The notes: generated from the letters alone by a model not told the origin. Positions 1-13,080 are shown, counted from the first letter of the stretch. The stretch is DNA of 64,000 bases from Mobula hypostoma (GCF_963921235.1 NC_086108.1:110486001-110550000); one strand, 5' to 3'. Made by a program: numbers and translations.

Positions 1-117
1 CGTGGTCATATTACGATCAAGGAATGTGTTTGTAGACCAGATATTGAACTTTTTACTGTTTTACTGTTGGACTTCGGCCATATTCCACCGTGATACAACA
101 CTTGGCGGCACGGGAGG

Positions 118-343
118 TCGTTCCTGCCTGTGGCCATCGAGCGTGCAGCTCCTCCCATGGAGGGTCAGACACCCTGAGTCAATAGACTGGTCCCGGACTT
201 ATTTTCCATCTGGCATAGTTTGCATTTTGGTGTTTGATTGTTTGTGGTTTTCGTATTGCTATATTTATGCTCTATTCTTGGTTGATGCAGCTGTAATGAA
301 ACCCAATTTCCCTGGGGATCAATAAAGTATATCTATCTATCTA
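118..343 (+). mobile_element. Rex1/Babar-like LINE 3' end
   Basis: Same 3' sequence as 1560-1776 (cctgcctgtggccatc...gtcagacaccctgag...gatcaataaagta + microsatellite tail). Confidence 0.75.
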
Positions 344-1120
344 GCTCAATGTCAGCCAACTGCAGGCCAGTGACTGTGTGGTGAGCCTGCACCTCTGGGT
401 CAGTAGCTTGGTCGGCTGTCATGCTGGCATAGTCAGCCCCCGTGGGTATGGCCTCACTGGCTGGCCGTGAGAGGTAATCAGCCATGGCATTGTTTCCCCC
501 TTGATACGTTGTATATCAGTTGTGAGCTCCGACATGTAGGCCAGACGGCATTGCTGCTGTGCAGACCAGAGGTCTGATATTTTGGTCATCGCATGCACCT
601 GGGGCTTGTGGTCAACAAACGCTGTGAAATGGCAGCCCTCTAGAATAAAATAAAAATGGTGGGCAGCCAGATGGAAATTGAGAAGCTCGTGGACAAACGC
701 GCTGTACTGCCTTTCCGGGGGACGGAGCTGACTGGTGAAGCAGGCGAGCAGGTGCCACTTGCCGCTGACATGCATAGCACCCACAGAGTAGTCTGAAGTG
801 TCAGGGGTGATGGCTATAGGTGTACTGGGGAGCAGGTGCACCATTGGGTCATGTTGGAAAGAGCTTGTCTGGTGTCATCAAATGCCCCGGTCATGTACAC
901 TGACCAGTCAAGCCTGTGATTAGGAGTATTGCCTTTAAGCGCTTTATACAAGGGAGCTTAAGTTCAGCAGCTTGCGGAATGAAGCGGTGAGAGAAATTCA
1001 CCATGCCGAAAAGCCCCCTTAGTTTTTTAGTAGTGCAGGGTGGTGGGAAATCCATGACAGCGGCTACTTTTGTTGGGAGGGGTTGCACACCTTCTGCAGA
1101 GATGCGATGGCTGAGAAAGT

Positions 1121-1776
1121 GCACATGGTGGAGGATTACAAATACCTGGGGATACGAATTGACAATAAACTGGACTGGTCAAAGAACACTGAGGCTGTCT
1201 ACAAGAAGTGTCAGAACTGTCTCTATTTCCTGAGGAGACTGAGGTCCTTTAACATCTGTCGGACGATGCTGAGGATGTTCTACGAGTCTGTGGTGGCCAG
1301 TGCTATCATGTTTGCTGTTGTGTGCTGGGGTGAGGGTAACAGACACCAACAGAATCAACAAACTCATTCGTAAGGCCAGTGATGTTGTGGGGATGGAACT
1401 GGACTCTCTCACGGTGGTGTCTGAAAAGAGGATGCTGTCTAAGTTGCATGCCATCTTGGTCAATGTCTCCCATCCACTACATAATGGACTGGGTGGGCAC
1501 AGGAGTACATTCAGCCAGAGACTCATTCCACTGAGAGCAAACACAGAGCGTCATAGGAAGTCATTCCTGCCTGTGGCCATCAAACTTTACAACTCCTCCC
1601 TTAGAGGGTCAGACACCCTGAGCCAATAGGCTGGTCCTGGACTTTTTTCCTGGCATAATTTACATATTACTATTTAACTATTCATGGTTTTATTACTATT
1701 TATCATTTATGATGCAACTGTAACGAAAACCAATTTCTGCCCGGGATCAATAAAGTATGACTATGACTATGACTAT
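1121..1776 (+). mobile_element. 5'-truncated Rex1/Babar-like LINE inserted in Gypsy RT
   Basis: YKYLGIRIDNKLDWSKN...LYFLRRLRSFNICRTMLRMFYESVVAS; (GACTAT)n tail; AAGT on both sides (1117-1120, 1777-1780); Gypsy frame ...STID|FLSHRI rejoins across it. Confidence 0.9.
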
Positions 1777-3129
1777 AAGTCAATGGTTGACAACCCAAAT
1801 TGGCATTTAGCGGGATTAACAATCAACATTTGTTGGCATAAGCGCTCGAAAAGTGTGCAAAGATGAGATACATGTTCAGATTTAGACACACTGGTGAAAA
1901 GTATGTCATCCAGGAAAACAAAAGGAAAATCTAAGTCCTTTAATACAGAGTCCATTAGCCATTGGAAAGTTTGTGCTGCATTTTTCCGCCCAAACAGCAT
2001 GTGCAAAAACTCAAAGAGGCCAAACGGGGTTATCACGGCTGTTTTGGGAATGTCCTCTGAGCACACAGACACCTGATAGTAGTTCCTAACCAGAACAACT
2101 TCGGAAAAAAGAAACTTTCCATCTAAAAGTGCTGGAAAGTCGTGGATGTGTGGGGCCGAGTAATGATTGGGAGCAATGGCCTCATTGAGGTGTCAGTAAT
2201 CGCCACATGGGCAGCAATCACCATCGGCCTTAGGGACCATATGGAGGAGTGAAGCCCAGGGGCCGCTCGACGGGAGTACAATGCCAAGTCTTTCATGTTG
2301 GCAAACTCAGCCTTCGCAGTTTCCAGCTTTTCCCAGTCCAGTCTACGCGCACAGGCATGGACCGGTGGGCAAGTTGTAGAAATGTGGTGCTTCACCCCAC
2401 GTTTTGTGACTGCAGTGGAGAATGTGGGCTTGGAGAGATCTGGGAATTTGTTCAGCAGTCGAATAGGTGGTGCATGCACTTTGACATCCACAAGCCGGCA
2501 GTTCTTACGATTGACCTTTTAGTCTTTGGGCACACAGGAAATCTGCACCAAGCAGAGGTCTAGCCGCTTCAGTCGGGACAAAATTCCATGTGTAATGTTG
2601 CCCACTGAAGGACAGCATCATTGCCTGGCTGAGTGTAGACTATCAGCCACTTTAGCAAGCTCCCTATAGTCCATTACAGGTGCATTAGTGAGGGCTATGT
2701 GAACTTGATCAGGCATTTACTGCATGACCAGCTCTTCAAAAATAAGGCAAGGATGGTGATTTCCCAGGGAGGCAGCATGTGGTCCATTAGCTCTGGTGGT
2801 TTAGCCTCGCTAAGGGTTGACAAGGAGAGCAGTTGTTTGGTGTGCTCAGACTCCGAGAGTCCAGAAGCCTGTGAAAGGTGAGTTTTCAGCGATTGGTATT
2901 TATCGTGTTCAGCTGGGTGCTCTAGTAGACTCACCACTCTCATAGCCGTGAGGTTTCCGAGTGACACTACCACAGAGTAGAACTTGGTGTCATCGACAGT
3001 GATTTCTTGCAGTGGAACTGGGCCTCAGCTTGTACAAGCCGAGTGATGGCATCTTAATCCCAATGCTCCTGCAGTTTCAGGGCAACTTCATTGGCCAACT
3101 TGTTCAATAACTCTAGAATTGCCCTAGAG

Positions 3130-3143
3130 CGTCGGGGTCACCA
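3130..3143 (-). promoter_or_regulatory. Primer-binding site for tRNA-Trp
   Basis: Minus strand reads TGGTGACCCCGACG, complementary to the vertebrate tRNA-Trp 3' end (...CGUCGGGGUCACCA), 1 nt from the LTR end. Confidence 0.85.
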
Positions 3144-3144
3144 A

Positions 3145-3342
3145 TGTAGGTTTTCGCAATAACACAGAAGAGGGATTTTAAGCTTAAGAAAACCATAACA
3201 ACATATACAATGAAATCCAAAACCTGAACACAAAGTGTGCTCAAAGTCCTTTATGTGATTACGTCATGAAGTCAGACCAGCCTCTTAAAGTGAACCCCAA
3301 CCCAGCGTCAGTGGTTGTGAATTCTGTAACGTACCAACTACA
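3145..3342 (-). repeat. 5' LTR (~198 bp) of the Gypsy element
   Basis: Bounded by TGTAG...CTACA inverted termini and directly adjacent to the PBS. Confidence 0.7.
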
Positions 3343-3374
3343 TCACCCGACACTGTAATGTTGTATGTTGTACA

Positions 3375-3840
3375 TTCATTCAGTAATCTGATAACAGCGG
3401 GGTAGAAGCTGTCCTTGAGCCTGGTGGTATGTGCTTTCAGGCTTTTGTAACTTCTGCCCAATGGGAGAGGGGAGAAGAGAGAGACTGTCCGATGTAGGTG
3501 GGAAGGGTCTTCATGTTGGCTGCCTTTCCAAAGGTGTGGACAGAGTCTGTGGAGGGGGGGATTGTTTCTGTGCTGTGCTGTGCTGTGTCCACAACTCTCT
3601 GCAGTTTCTTGCATTCACCGGCAGAGCAGTTGCTGTACCAAGCTGAGATACATCTGGACGGGATGCTTTCTGTGGTACATTGGTAAAAATTGGTGAGGGT
3701 CAACAGGGACATGCTGAATTTCTCCAGCCTCCTGAGAAAGTAAAGGCATTGGTGAGCTTTCTTGGCCATAGCACTATGTGATTTGACCAGGACAGGATAT
3801 TGGTGATGTTGACTCCAAAGAACTTAAAACTCTCGCCTAC
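3375..3840 (-). mobile_element. Rex1/Babar-like LINE ORF C-terminal fragment
   Basis: KKAHQCLYFLRRLEKF...TNFYQCTTESI..CISAWYSNC motif. Confidence 0.8.
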
Positions 3841-3871
3841 CTTGACCTCAGCATCTCTTAAATGTCCTTAA

Positions 3872-5570
3872 TGTCCCTATGGAACCGGAGGAGATAGCAG
3901 AGGTACTTAATGAATACTTTGCTTCAGTATTCACTTTGGAAAAGGATCTTGGCAATTGTAAGGATGACTTACAGCAGATGGAAAAGCTTGAGTATGTAGA
4001 TATTAAGAAAAAGGATGTGCTGGAGCTTTGGGAAAGCATCAAGTTGGATAATTCTCCGGGACCGGATGAGATGTACCCCAGGCTACTGTGGGAGGTGAGG
4101 GAGGAGATTTCTGAGCCTCTGGCAATGATCTTCACATCATTAATGGGGATGGGAGAGGTTCCGGAGGATTGGAGGGTTGCAGATGTTGTTCCCCTATTCA
4201 AGAAAGGGAGTAGAGGTAGCCCAGGAAACTAAAGAACAGTGAGTCTTACTTTAGTGGTTGGTAACTTGATGGAAAAGATCCAGAGAGGCAGGATTTATGA
4301 ACATTTGGAGAGGCATTATATGATTAGGAATAGTCAGCATGGCTTTGTCAAGGGCAGGTCGTACCTGACGAGCCTGATTGAATTTTTTTGAGGATGTGAC
4401 CAAACACATTGATGAAGGTAGAGCAGTAGGTGTAGTGTTTATGGATTTCAGCAAGGCATTTGATAAGGTACCCCAAGCAAGGCTTATTGAGAAAGTAAGG
4501 AGGAATGGGATCCAAGGGGACATTGCTTTGTGGATCCAGAATTGGCTTGCCCACAGAAGGCAAAGGGTGGTTGTAGGCAGTTCATATTCTACATGGAGGC
4601 TGGTGACCAGTGGTGTGCCTTAGGGATCTGTTCTGGGACCCCTTCTCTTCATGATTTTTATAAATGACCTGGATGAGGAAGTGGAGGGATGGGTTAGTAA
4701 ATTTGCTGATGACACAAAGGTTGGGGGTGTTGTGGATAGTGTGGAGGGCTGTCAGAGGTTATAGTGGGACATTGATAGGATATAAAACTGGGCTGAAAAG
4801 TGGCAGATGCAGTTCAACCCAGATAAGTCTGAGGTGGTTCATTTTGGTAGGTCAAGTATGATGGCAGAATATAGTATTAATGGTAAGACTCTTGGCAGTG
4901 TGGAGGATCAGAGAGATCTTGGGGTCCGAGTTCATAGGACACTCAAAGCTGCTGCGCAGGTTGACTCTGTGATTAAGAAGGCATACAGTGCATTGGCCTT
5001 CATCAATCATGGGATTGAGTTTAAGAGTTGAGAGGTAATGTTGCAACTATATAGGACCCTGGTCAGACCCCACTTGGAGTACTGTGCTCAATTCTGGTCG
5101 CCTGACTACAGGAAGGGTGTGGAAACTATAGAAAGGGTGCAGAGGAGATTTGCGAGGATGTTGCCTGGATTGGGGAGCATGCCTTATGAGAATAGGTTGA
5201 GTGAACTCGGCCATTTCTCCTTGGAGCGACGAAGGATGAGAGGTGACCTGATAGAGGTGTACAAGATGATAAGAGGCATTGATCGTGTGGATAGTCAGAG
5301 GCTTTTTCCCAGGGCTGAAATGACTAACATGAAAGGGCACAGTTTTAAGGTGCTTGGAAGTAGGTACAGAGGAGATGTCATGGGTAAGTTTTTTTAAACA
5401 GAGAGTGGTGAGTGCATGGAATGGGCTGCTGGCGACGGTGGTGGAGGCGGATACGATAGGGTATAGAGGGCTATGGGTATCCCTAGGTAATTTCTAAAGT
5501 AAGTACATGTTCAGCACAGCTTTGTGGGCTGAAAGGCCTGTATTGTGCTGTAGGTTATTCTATGTTTCTA
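3872..5570 (+). mobile_element. CR1 LINE, 5'-truncated, decayed RT
   Basis: LNEYFASVFT, SPGPDEMYPR, DFSKAFDKVP, KFADDTK, RPHLEYCAQFWSP; tctatgtttcta tail; multiple stops. Confidence 0.92.
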
Positions 5571-5635
5571 ATGTATCTGCCTTTCACAATCACCCCTTGC
5601 AGGGTGTTCCACGCACCCACCACTGTCACATATAC

Positions 5636-5720
5636 TAAGTCCTGATGAAGGGCCTCGGCTCGAAACATTGACTCTTCATTCCCCTCCATAGACGCTGCTT
5701 GACCTGCTGAGTTCCTCCAA
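5636..5720 (+). mobile_element. Penelope terminal-repeat fragment with degenerate hammerhead motif
   Basis: AGTC CTGATGA AGGGCCTCGGCTC GAAAC ATT GACT followed by the family tail gacctgctgagttcctcca. Confidence 0.7.
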
Positions 5721-6394
5721 GTACATATGTACCACCCCTCTTTCCGAGGTCAATGACCAGCTCTTTTGTTTGGTTGACATAGAGGGAAAGGTTGTTGTCA
5801 TGACAACACGTCACTGGGCTCTCTATCTCCTTCCTGTGCTCCGACTCATTGTTACTTGAGTGTGGCCTGGTACAGTGGTGTCATCTGCCAACTTGTAGAC
5901 AGAGTCAGGGCAGGATCTGAGCATGTAGCCATGAGTGTGCAGGGAGTAAAGTAGGGGCTGAGGACACAACCCTGTGGGACACAAGTGGAAGAGTCGTGGC
6001 CTGTCCTTACTGATTGTTCATCAGGAAATTGATGATACATCTCTAAAATATTGGTGAGGGTCATCGGGGACATACTGAATTTCCTTTGCTTCTTGAGGAC
6101 GTAGAGGCACTGTCGTGCTTTGTATCCCAGGAAACAACAAAAGATTGTGGAGATGGAGGATGAACAGAGAGGATGATGTCGGAGAAACAGGAAGTGGGCC
6201 TGTTAACCCCCGCAAACATTAACCAACACAAACAGCTGAATTCACACAGAGTCACAGAATCGTATAGCACGGAAACAGGCTATTCCGCTCACTAAATCTC
6301 TACACACCACCATCCTTACCTAAACAAATCCTGCTTCCCTATAGTAATTCGCTTTTCATCTGTGCCCTGCTCAGTCAGAATCTAAGCCAGCATT

Positions 6395-6830
6395 AGATTC
6401 ATTATCACTGACATATGTTGTGAAATTTGATGTTTGCTGGCAGCAGTAGAGGGCAATATATTAAAAAATATAATTACTATAATTTCAACAAGTAATATAA
6501 AATAAGTAGCAAAAAAGAGAACAAATATAGTGAAGTAGTGTTCAAGGGTTCATTGGGCATTTGGTAATCTGATGGTGGAGGGGAAGAAACTGTTCCTAAA
6601 ACGTTGAGTGTGTGTCTTCAGGCTCCTGTACCTCTTCCCGGATGGTAGCAATGAAAAGAGGGCATGTCTTGGGTGATGGAGATCCTCAATGATTGATGCT
6701 GCCTTCCTGAGGCAACACCTTTTCAAGATGCGCTTGATGGTGGGGCAGCTGGTGCCCATGGTGGAGCTAGCTGAGTTTACAATCTTCTGCAGTTGTTTCC
6801 AATCCTGTGCATTGGCGCCTGTATACCGGT
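6395..6830 (-). mobile_element. Rex1/Babar-like LINE 3' fragment
   Basis: CLRKAASIIEDLHHPRHALFSLLPSGKRYRSLKTHTQRFRNSFFP; related copies at ~8520-9110, ~18740-19140, ~19830-20520 and 49630-49970. Confidence 0.75.
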
Positions 6831-7474
6831 CAGAACGTTCCCCGCGGTACCTCAAGTCCAGGTGCCTCTTAAAAGTTGTTACAGTTCCTGCTTCCATCAC
6901 CTCCTCTGGCAGTTCATTCCAGATGCCAACAGCTCTGTGTGAAAAATTTAGCCCTCTGATCCACTAGGACATGCCTGTCCTCGAAATGAGTAGTCAGCTC
7001 TAGTGGACTGGGTGGATGAGATCTACCATGAGATCCAACCTCCAGGAGGGTGGTTTTTCATCACTCTGCGAAGAGCGAAGAGTGTGATGAAGCACAGAAG
7101 TAGCCATGGTGATTCCACAGGCAATATGAAGATAGGTGGTGTTGTGGATAGTGTACAGGACTGTCAATGGATACAGCGGGTTATAGGTCATTAGCAGATA
7201 CGGGCAGAGAAACAGCAAAGGGAGTTTAACCAATGCACATTGGGAGTTAAAGCGTCAATGTAAAAATGCAAGAATCAAATGTAAAACAACAGTATATGGC
7301 AGGACACTTAAGGTACAAAAAGGTTCAAGGGTTCACTTATTATCAAAGTTTGCAACTTTGAAATTCTTCTTTTCCAGGTAGCCATGAAACCAAGAAAGAA
7401 AAGGACAGCAGGGTGATCATCAGTGCATTGGTAGCCAACCATTGATAGCAGTATTGATGTAGTAAAGGAGGTGT

Positions 7475-7682
7475 ACGAGGAGTCTGGGGAGGGGTAGCAC
7501 CTCTGGTGAATGGGCTTGTCATGTCCATTCCAGGGCAGCTCACTCTCCTTTGGTCCCCGACAGACACTCAGCTCTCACCTATGGGTGTCTGCATGTGGCC
7601 CGGTGGCTACACCCCAGTTCACCACTTTTACAGGGGGGCTAAACCAGGTGAGGGCGGCCGGTGGGTGTCATACTCTGGTGAC
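7475..7682 (+). mobile_element. RTE-type 5'UTR fragment
   Basis: Resembles RTE 5' ends as recalled (ggggtagcacctctggtgaatgggcttgtc...ctctcacct...ggctaaaccaggtgaggg). Confidence 0.4.
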
Positions 7683-7684
7683 CT

Positions 7685-8010
7685 AAGACCATGAGACATA
7701 GGAGCAGAATTAGGCCAGTCAACCCATCAAGTCTGCTCTGCCATTCCATCATGGCTGATTCCGGATCCAACTCAACCCCATATACCTGCCTTCTCGCCAT
7801 ATCCTTTGATGCCCTGGCCGATAAGGAAACGATCAACCTGTGCCTTAAGTATACACACAGACTTGGCCTCCACCACAGTCTGCGGCAGAGCATTGCACAG
7901 GTTCACCACTCTCTGGCTAAAATAATTCCTCCTTGCCTCTGTTCTAAAAGGTCGCCCCTCAAACTTGAGGCTGTGCCCTCTAGTTCTGGATACCCCCACA
8001 ATAGGAAACG
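7685..8010 (-). mobile_element. CR1 3' end
   Basis: SRTRGHSLK...RRNYFSQRVVNLCNALP plus CR1 3'UTR. Confidence 0.85.
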
Positions 8011-8029
8011 TATGTATGTATGTTATGTA

Positions 8030-8312
8030 TTTATTTATTTATTGTTATTTATTGCGATGCAGCATGGAATAGGTCTCTGCCCTTTCAGCCGCGGCGCCCA
8101 GCAATTTTCTGATTTGACCCTCGTCTAACCACAGAACAATTTACAATGACCAATGACCCTACCAACCAGTACGTCTTTGAACTGTGGGAGGAAACTAGAG
8201 CACCTGGAGGAAACCTACATGGTCATGGGGAGAACCTACAAACTCCTTTCAGGCAGTGCGGGTCGACTGTACTGTAAAGTGTTGTGCTAACCACTACACT
8301 GCCGTTCCGCCC
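8030..8312 (-). mobile_element. tRNA-derived V-SINE
   Basis: V-domain core (gggtttcctccgggtgctccggtttcctcccacag, reverse strand). Other copies at ~16085-16355(-), 23770-24035(+), 31380-31620(+), 46040-46340(-), 46920-47222(+), 58020-58320(-), 63803-64000(-). Confidence 0.75.
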
Positions 8313-9654
8313 CTCTAGAACACCTAGAGGGTAAATTGATAAATTGAGTTATTGTCACACGTACTAAGGTACATTGCAAAAGCTGCCTTGCATACAGTTT
8401 GTAGAGATCAATTCAAGTACTGAGAATGCAGAATAAACTGTTACAGTTACAGAGAAAGTGCAGTGCAGACAGACGATGTAGTGCAAGATTGTAGCAAGAT
8501 AAATCATGAGGTCAAGAGCCCATCTTCAAGTTCAAATTTAGGGTCACCTGACTGTACATATATACAACCAAACGAAACAATGTTCTTCCAGACTGTGGTG
8601 CACCCACAAAACATATACACATACAACATAAAAAACATAATATTTCCACAAATAAGTTAATAAAATACAATTCGAATTGCATGTGGGTAAATGGTAAACA
8701 GCTCGCTGTCCTAGTGACGAGATCTCAGTGGTGGCAGGGTATTCATTAAGTCTCGTAGTCTGAGGGAAGAAGCTGTTACCCAGTCTGATAGTCCTAGTCC
8801 TGGTGCTCCTGTACCTCCTTCCTGACAGTGGTGTGTCAAAGATATTGTGGAATGCCAGGCAGGGATCCTCAACAATGCTTCTGGTCCATTGTCTGCAACA
8901 CTCCCGGTAAATGTCACAAATAGGGGAAGGGAGACCCCGGTGATCTTCTTGCAGTTTTTACTGTCGTCTGCAGGGTTTTCCGGTCTGATGCCTGGCAGCT
9001 TCCATATCACACAATGTTGCAGACAGACGGGACACTCTCAACGGTGCTCCTTTAGAAAGTTGTTCAAATGGGGGTGGGGAGCCTTGTACCCCTTAGTCTC
9101 CTCAGGACTGGAAAGGAAGGAGGTAAAAGCCAAAATAAGAAGGTGGGGAACTATGTACTTGTACCCTAAGTTCTCTGTGTTCCACAATCCCCAGTGCTCC
9201 GCAGTTCAATATGTTTCTCCTGAGCCTGCTTAACTTTCCAAAATGCATCACTTCATACTTGTATGAGTTAAATTCCCTCCCTGCCGTTCTTTACCCCAAT
9301 TTCCTCTTGTTTCCACAGATCCTGTTGTAACCTTAGACAACCTCTTTGTTGTCCACCCCCACCAGATCTGTTGTCATCTGCAAACCTTCCAATCGTGACA
9401 CCAACCTTCTCTTCCAAATCATTAACATCCAATTAACAGAGGATCAGTGCTGATCCCCTATGCACACCACCGATCACAGTTCCCTAATCCTAGACAGCAT
9501 AGCTCAGAAACAGGCCCTTCAGCCCACAATACCAGTCCCTTTGGTTCAGCACCTTAAAACAACCCTGCACCACCATCCTCTGCTTCAATTTGGCTCACCA
9601 TGGATCCCATGTGTTCTTACCTGCCAATCCGGCCTACCATATGACCTTGTCAAA

Positions 9655-9950
9655 GGGTGCCACGGTAGAGTTGCGGTTAGTGTGATGCTAGTACAACTCG
9701 GGGCATTGGAGTTTCGAGTACAATTCTGACGTCCTCTGTAAGAAAGTTTGCATGTTCTTCCCATGCGTGCATGGATTTCCTCTGGATGCTCTGGTTTTCT
9801 CCCACAGTTCAAAGGTGTACCAGTTAGTAGGTCGTAAATTGTCCTGTGATTAGGCTAGGGTTAAACAGGTAAGTTGCTGTGTGGTGCAGCTTGGTGGGCT
9901 GGAAGGGACTATTCCATGCAGTATCTCTAAATAACAAAAAAGTAAAAGTC
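9655..9950 (+). mobile_element. tRNA-derived V-SINE
   Basis: A-box-like head, V-domain core, gtatctctaaataa tail. Confidence 0.7.
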
Positions 9951-10879
9951 CACGTAGATAACATCTACCACCCTGCCCTTGTCAAACCTCTTGGTCACGA
10001 CCTTCCAAAAACCTCGCAATTAAAAATTGGTAGAACTGGTAATTCCACGGTGTTGCATTTTGTGGGATCATGCTCTGTACAAATCCAACATAAGGAAGAG
10101 GAACAGGCCTTAGCCAATTGGCCCTGTGAGGCTGTTACGTCACTGAATAAGAAGATAATCAACACTTCTTACACGACGTGAAAATTGCATGGCAGTTTGA
10201 TTTTTTTTTAATAATATGCGAATAATAAATATTTAGAATAAAATTTGAAAAATCACACATACTTTTGATTTTATTTTTTAATTGAAGGGTATAATGAAAT
10301 ACAGTACAACAAACAAAATCTTTCATGTTTCATAAACTTTTTCTAGCTGTGTCCAATTCCAGCTGCATGGCCACAAAGGCTATGCGCGTGGGGGCATTTC
10401 AGTTCCAGCACGGCCGTGCACCTGCACAGCTTAGAGGGAAAAGTAATGATACCTCATCTAATCTTGGCCTAGATCAAAGTTCAAAGTAAATTCATTATCA
10501 AAGTACTTATATATCACCATATATAACCCTGAGATTCAATTTCTTGCAGGTATTCACTGTAATACAATGAACACAATAGAATCAGTGAAATACCACAGCC
10601 AACAAGACGGACAACAACCAATGCACTAAAGACAACAAATTGCAAATACAAGAAAAAAAGAAATAATGATAATAATAATAAACAATAAATATTGATAACA
10701 TGAGATGAAGAGTCCTTGAAAGTGAGTCCATAGGTTGTAGGAACAGTTACAACTGGACCCTCGACTTCCTGACCAAACGACCACAATCAATAAGGATGGG
10801 ACACAACACCTCTGCCAGAATTATCCCTGACGCTGATGCCCCACAGGCTGATTCCTCAACCCCCTATCTCTGTACACTT

Positions 10880-11425
10880 AGGACTTTATTCCCTGAAATG
10901 TAGGAGATTGAGGGGAGATTTGATGGAGGCATACAAATTTGATGGAGGGGTATAGATAGGGTTAATGCAAGCAGGCTTTTTCCACTGAGGTTGGGTGAGA
11001 CTAGAACTAGAGGTCATGGGTTAAGGGTGAAAGCTGAAAAGTTTAAGGTGAACCTGAGAGGGAACTTCTTCAGAGGGTGAGTGTGGTGCGAGTGGGGAAT
11101 GAGCTGCCAGAGGGAGTAGTGAATGTGGGTTCAATTGAATAATTTCCGAATAGTTTGGATGGGTACATGGGCAGGAGGGATATGGGGGGCTATGGTCTGA
11201 GTGCAGGTGGAAGAGACGAGGCAGAAGGTCAGGTCGGCATGGATTAGATAGGCCGAAGGGCCTGTTTCTGTGCTGTAGTGCGGGATGACTCGAGGAAAGG
11301 CACATGGAGGGGAGGGGCTCTGAGGGTTGTTGGCCGAACGTGGGTTGAGAAATAGCAGGGGGATGGCATAGACCAGAGGGGCCGAGGGGCCTTGCTTCCG
11401 TTCTGTTTAACACGATGACTCTGCG
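10880..11425 (+). mobile_element. CR1 3' fragments
   Basis: RRLRGDL...RTRGHGLRVK...GNFF coding remnant plus two 3'UTR tails. Confidence 0.75.
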
Positions 11426-12299
11426 GCTAACAGGCAGGTAGAATGATATCCCATCTAAACAGGCAGAGCCGACGCCGAGTCTATTGGCTCTCGCTCTCCA
11501 CGCCCGGGGTGCCATAGTTCCTCGATCACACCGTGACCACACGCTGGAACTGTGGAAGGCACACTGCATAAATGCAAGCGGCATTGACAACAATAAAACA
11601 TCAAGTTCTTTCACATCTTGTCCCAGGGATTTTCTCTTAATGCGGGGACTCGGCCCGTTGTAAATAAAATCGAGGCAGGGGCTATTGTTCGGTGCCCGTG
11701 ACCCGGTCAGAGTTAATGGTGAGGATTTTTACCCCGTGGGCTATTGTAGGCGATAATGGGGCGCCGTGACTCGGGGATACGCGAGGCGCAGGTCCCTTTC
11801 CGGAGGGTGGGGAGAGGCGCTGATTTTTTTTTCGCTCTTGAATGTGGAGCGGGCTGGTGAAGACGGTGTTTTTTTTTGTCTGTCAGCGGCTGTCCCTCTC
11901 TGCACTCCCCCGTGCTTTGCAATCCGCCCGCCGGCAGCGAGATAGCAACGGCATTGAGCGTGAAAATAATAAAAAAAAGATTTTGAACAAAAACTAGGCA
12001 AAAAAAAGGGGGGCAGGTTGTAGGCGACAGGCGGGCTGTTAAAGTCAACAAGCAACAGGAGTATGGAGAGAGGGGTAGGGGGATTCTGTATGTGTGTGAG
12101 AGAACGGGGTGTTGCAGAGGTACACAAGAGATGCAAATACCCAGAGGAGGAGAGGGTGGTGGGGCGGGATTTACTGGCTCAGGTGCATCGCTCTCGGGGC
12201 CGGGCACTAAACCCCCGCGGGAGTTGGCCCTGGTTCCGCGGCCGAGACTGCCGCTGCCGCACGCTGTCCCGGTGATCGCGCCGCGTTTTGTGCGGACGC

Positions 12300-13080
12300 G
12301 GAGTGATCGTGTGCGGGCGTGCGTGTGTATATGCAAGTGTGGGGTGTTGGTATGCGGATTATTAAGACACAGGAGTGTGGTGTATCGAGGGCGTGGTGAT
12401 TGTGTCAGAGTGCACGAGTGTGAGGGCTGGTGTGTGAGTGTGCAAGATCAGACGTGCGTGCGTGTGAATATAAGTATGAGCGCGCAAGATCAGACGAGCG
12501 TTTGAGTGTGGAAAAGCAGATTGTATGGACGCGAGTGTATGAAATGAGCGCGCGCGATTGTGACGACGCGGGAGAGTGTTGATTAAGTGTGCAAGACCGT
12601 GTGCGTGGATTTCGGCGTGTGAACGTGTGTGTAGGGAAGTTGGTGTGTGTGAACGCGCGCCCCTGAGTGTGTGTGGGAATGAGAATTGCGAGTGGTACCA
12701 TTGTGCGAATGTGTGCGTGTAAGTTATGGGTGAGTATGTGTTTAAGTGCATGTTTGTGTAAGTATGCGCTCGTGTGTTTGTGAGAGTATGTGAGTGCACT
12801 GATCAATACGTGTGCGCTGGGTTTTGTGAGTGAGTACGCGTGTGTTTGAATGGGCTATGTTTTATGGCTTTGTGTGTAAGTGTGCGCCGGTCTTTGTGTG
12901 AGTGTGAGTCTGCGTGTGAGTGTGCACTGGGTTTTGTATGTGCGTGTGAGTGTGCGTGCCGGCTTTGTGTGTGTGTGTGTTGGAGCGTGTGCACCGAGCT
13001 TTGTGTGCGTGTTTGCACGGGGCTTTGTGTGTCGGTGTGTGCGCGCCGGGCTTTGTGTGTGAGTGTGAGTGCGCGTGAGC
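12300..13080. repeat. (GT/GC)n-rich low-complexity tract with degenerate ~30-bp minisatellite (gtgcgccggnctttgtgtg...) at ~12810-13080
   Basis: Alternating purine-pyrimidine runs and repeated 'ctttgtgtg' units. Confidence 0.8.

Larger units (their letters stand above)
344..3342 (-). mobile_element. Degenerate Gypsy/Ty3 LTR retrotransposon (5' LTR, PBS, gag, RT, RNase H), 3'-truncated and split by a LINE
   Basis: Minus-strand peptides: gag-like (LLSLSTLSEAKPPELMDHML), RT (KTAVITPFGLFEF..FG.KNAAQTFQ..FVFLDDIL; NPAKCQFG), RNase H (DTSDYSVGA...ERQYSAF..ELL...VDHKP). Many frameshifts. Confidence 0.9.
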
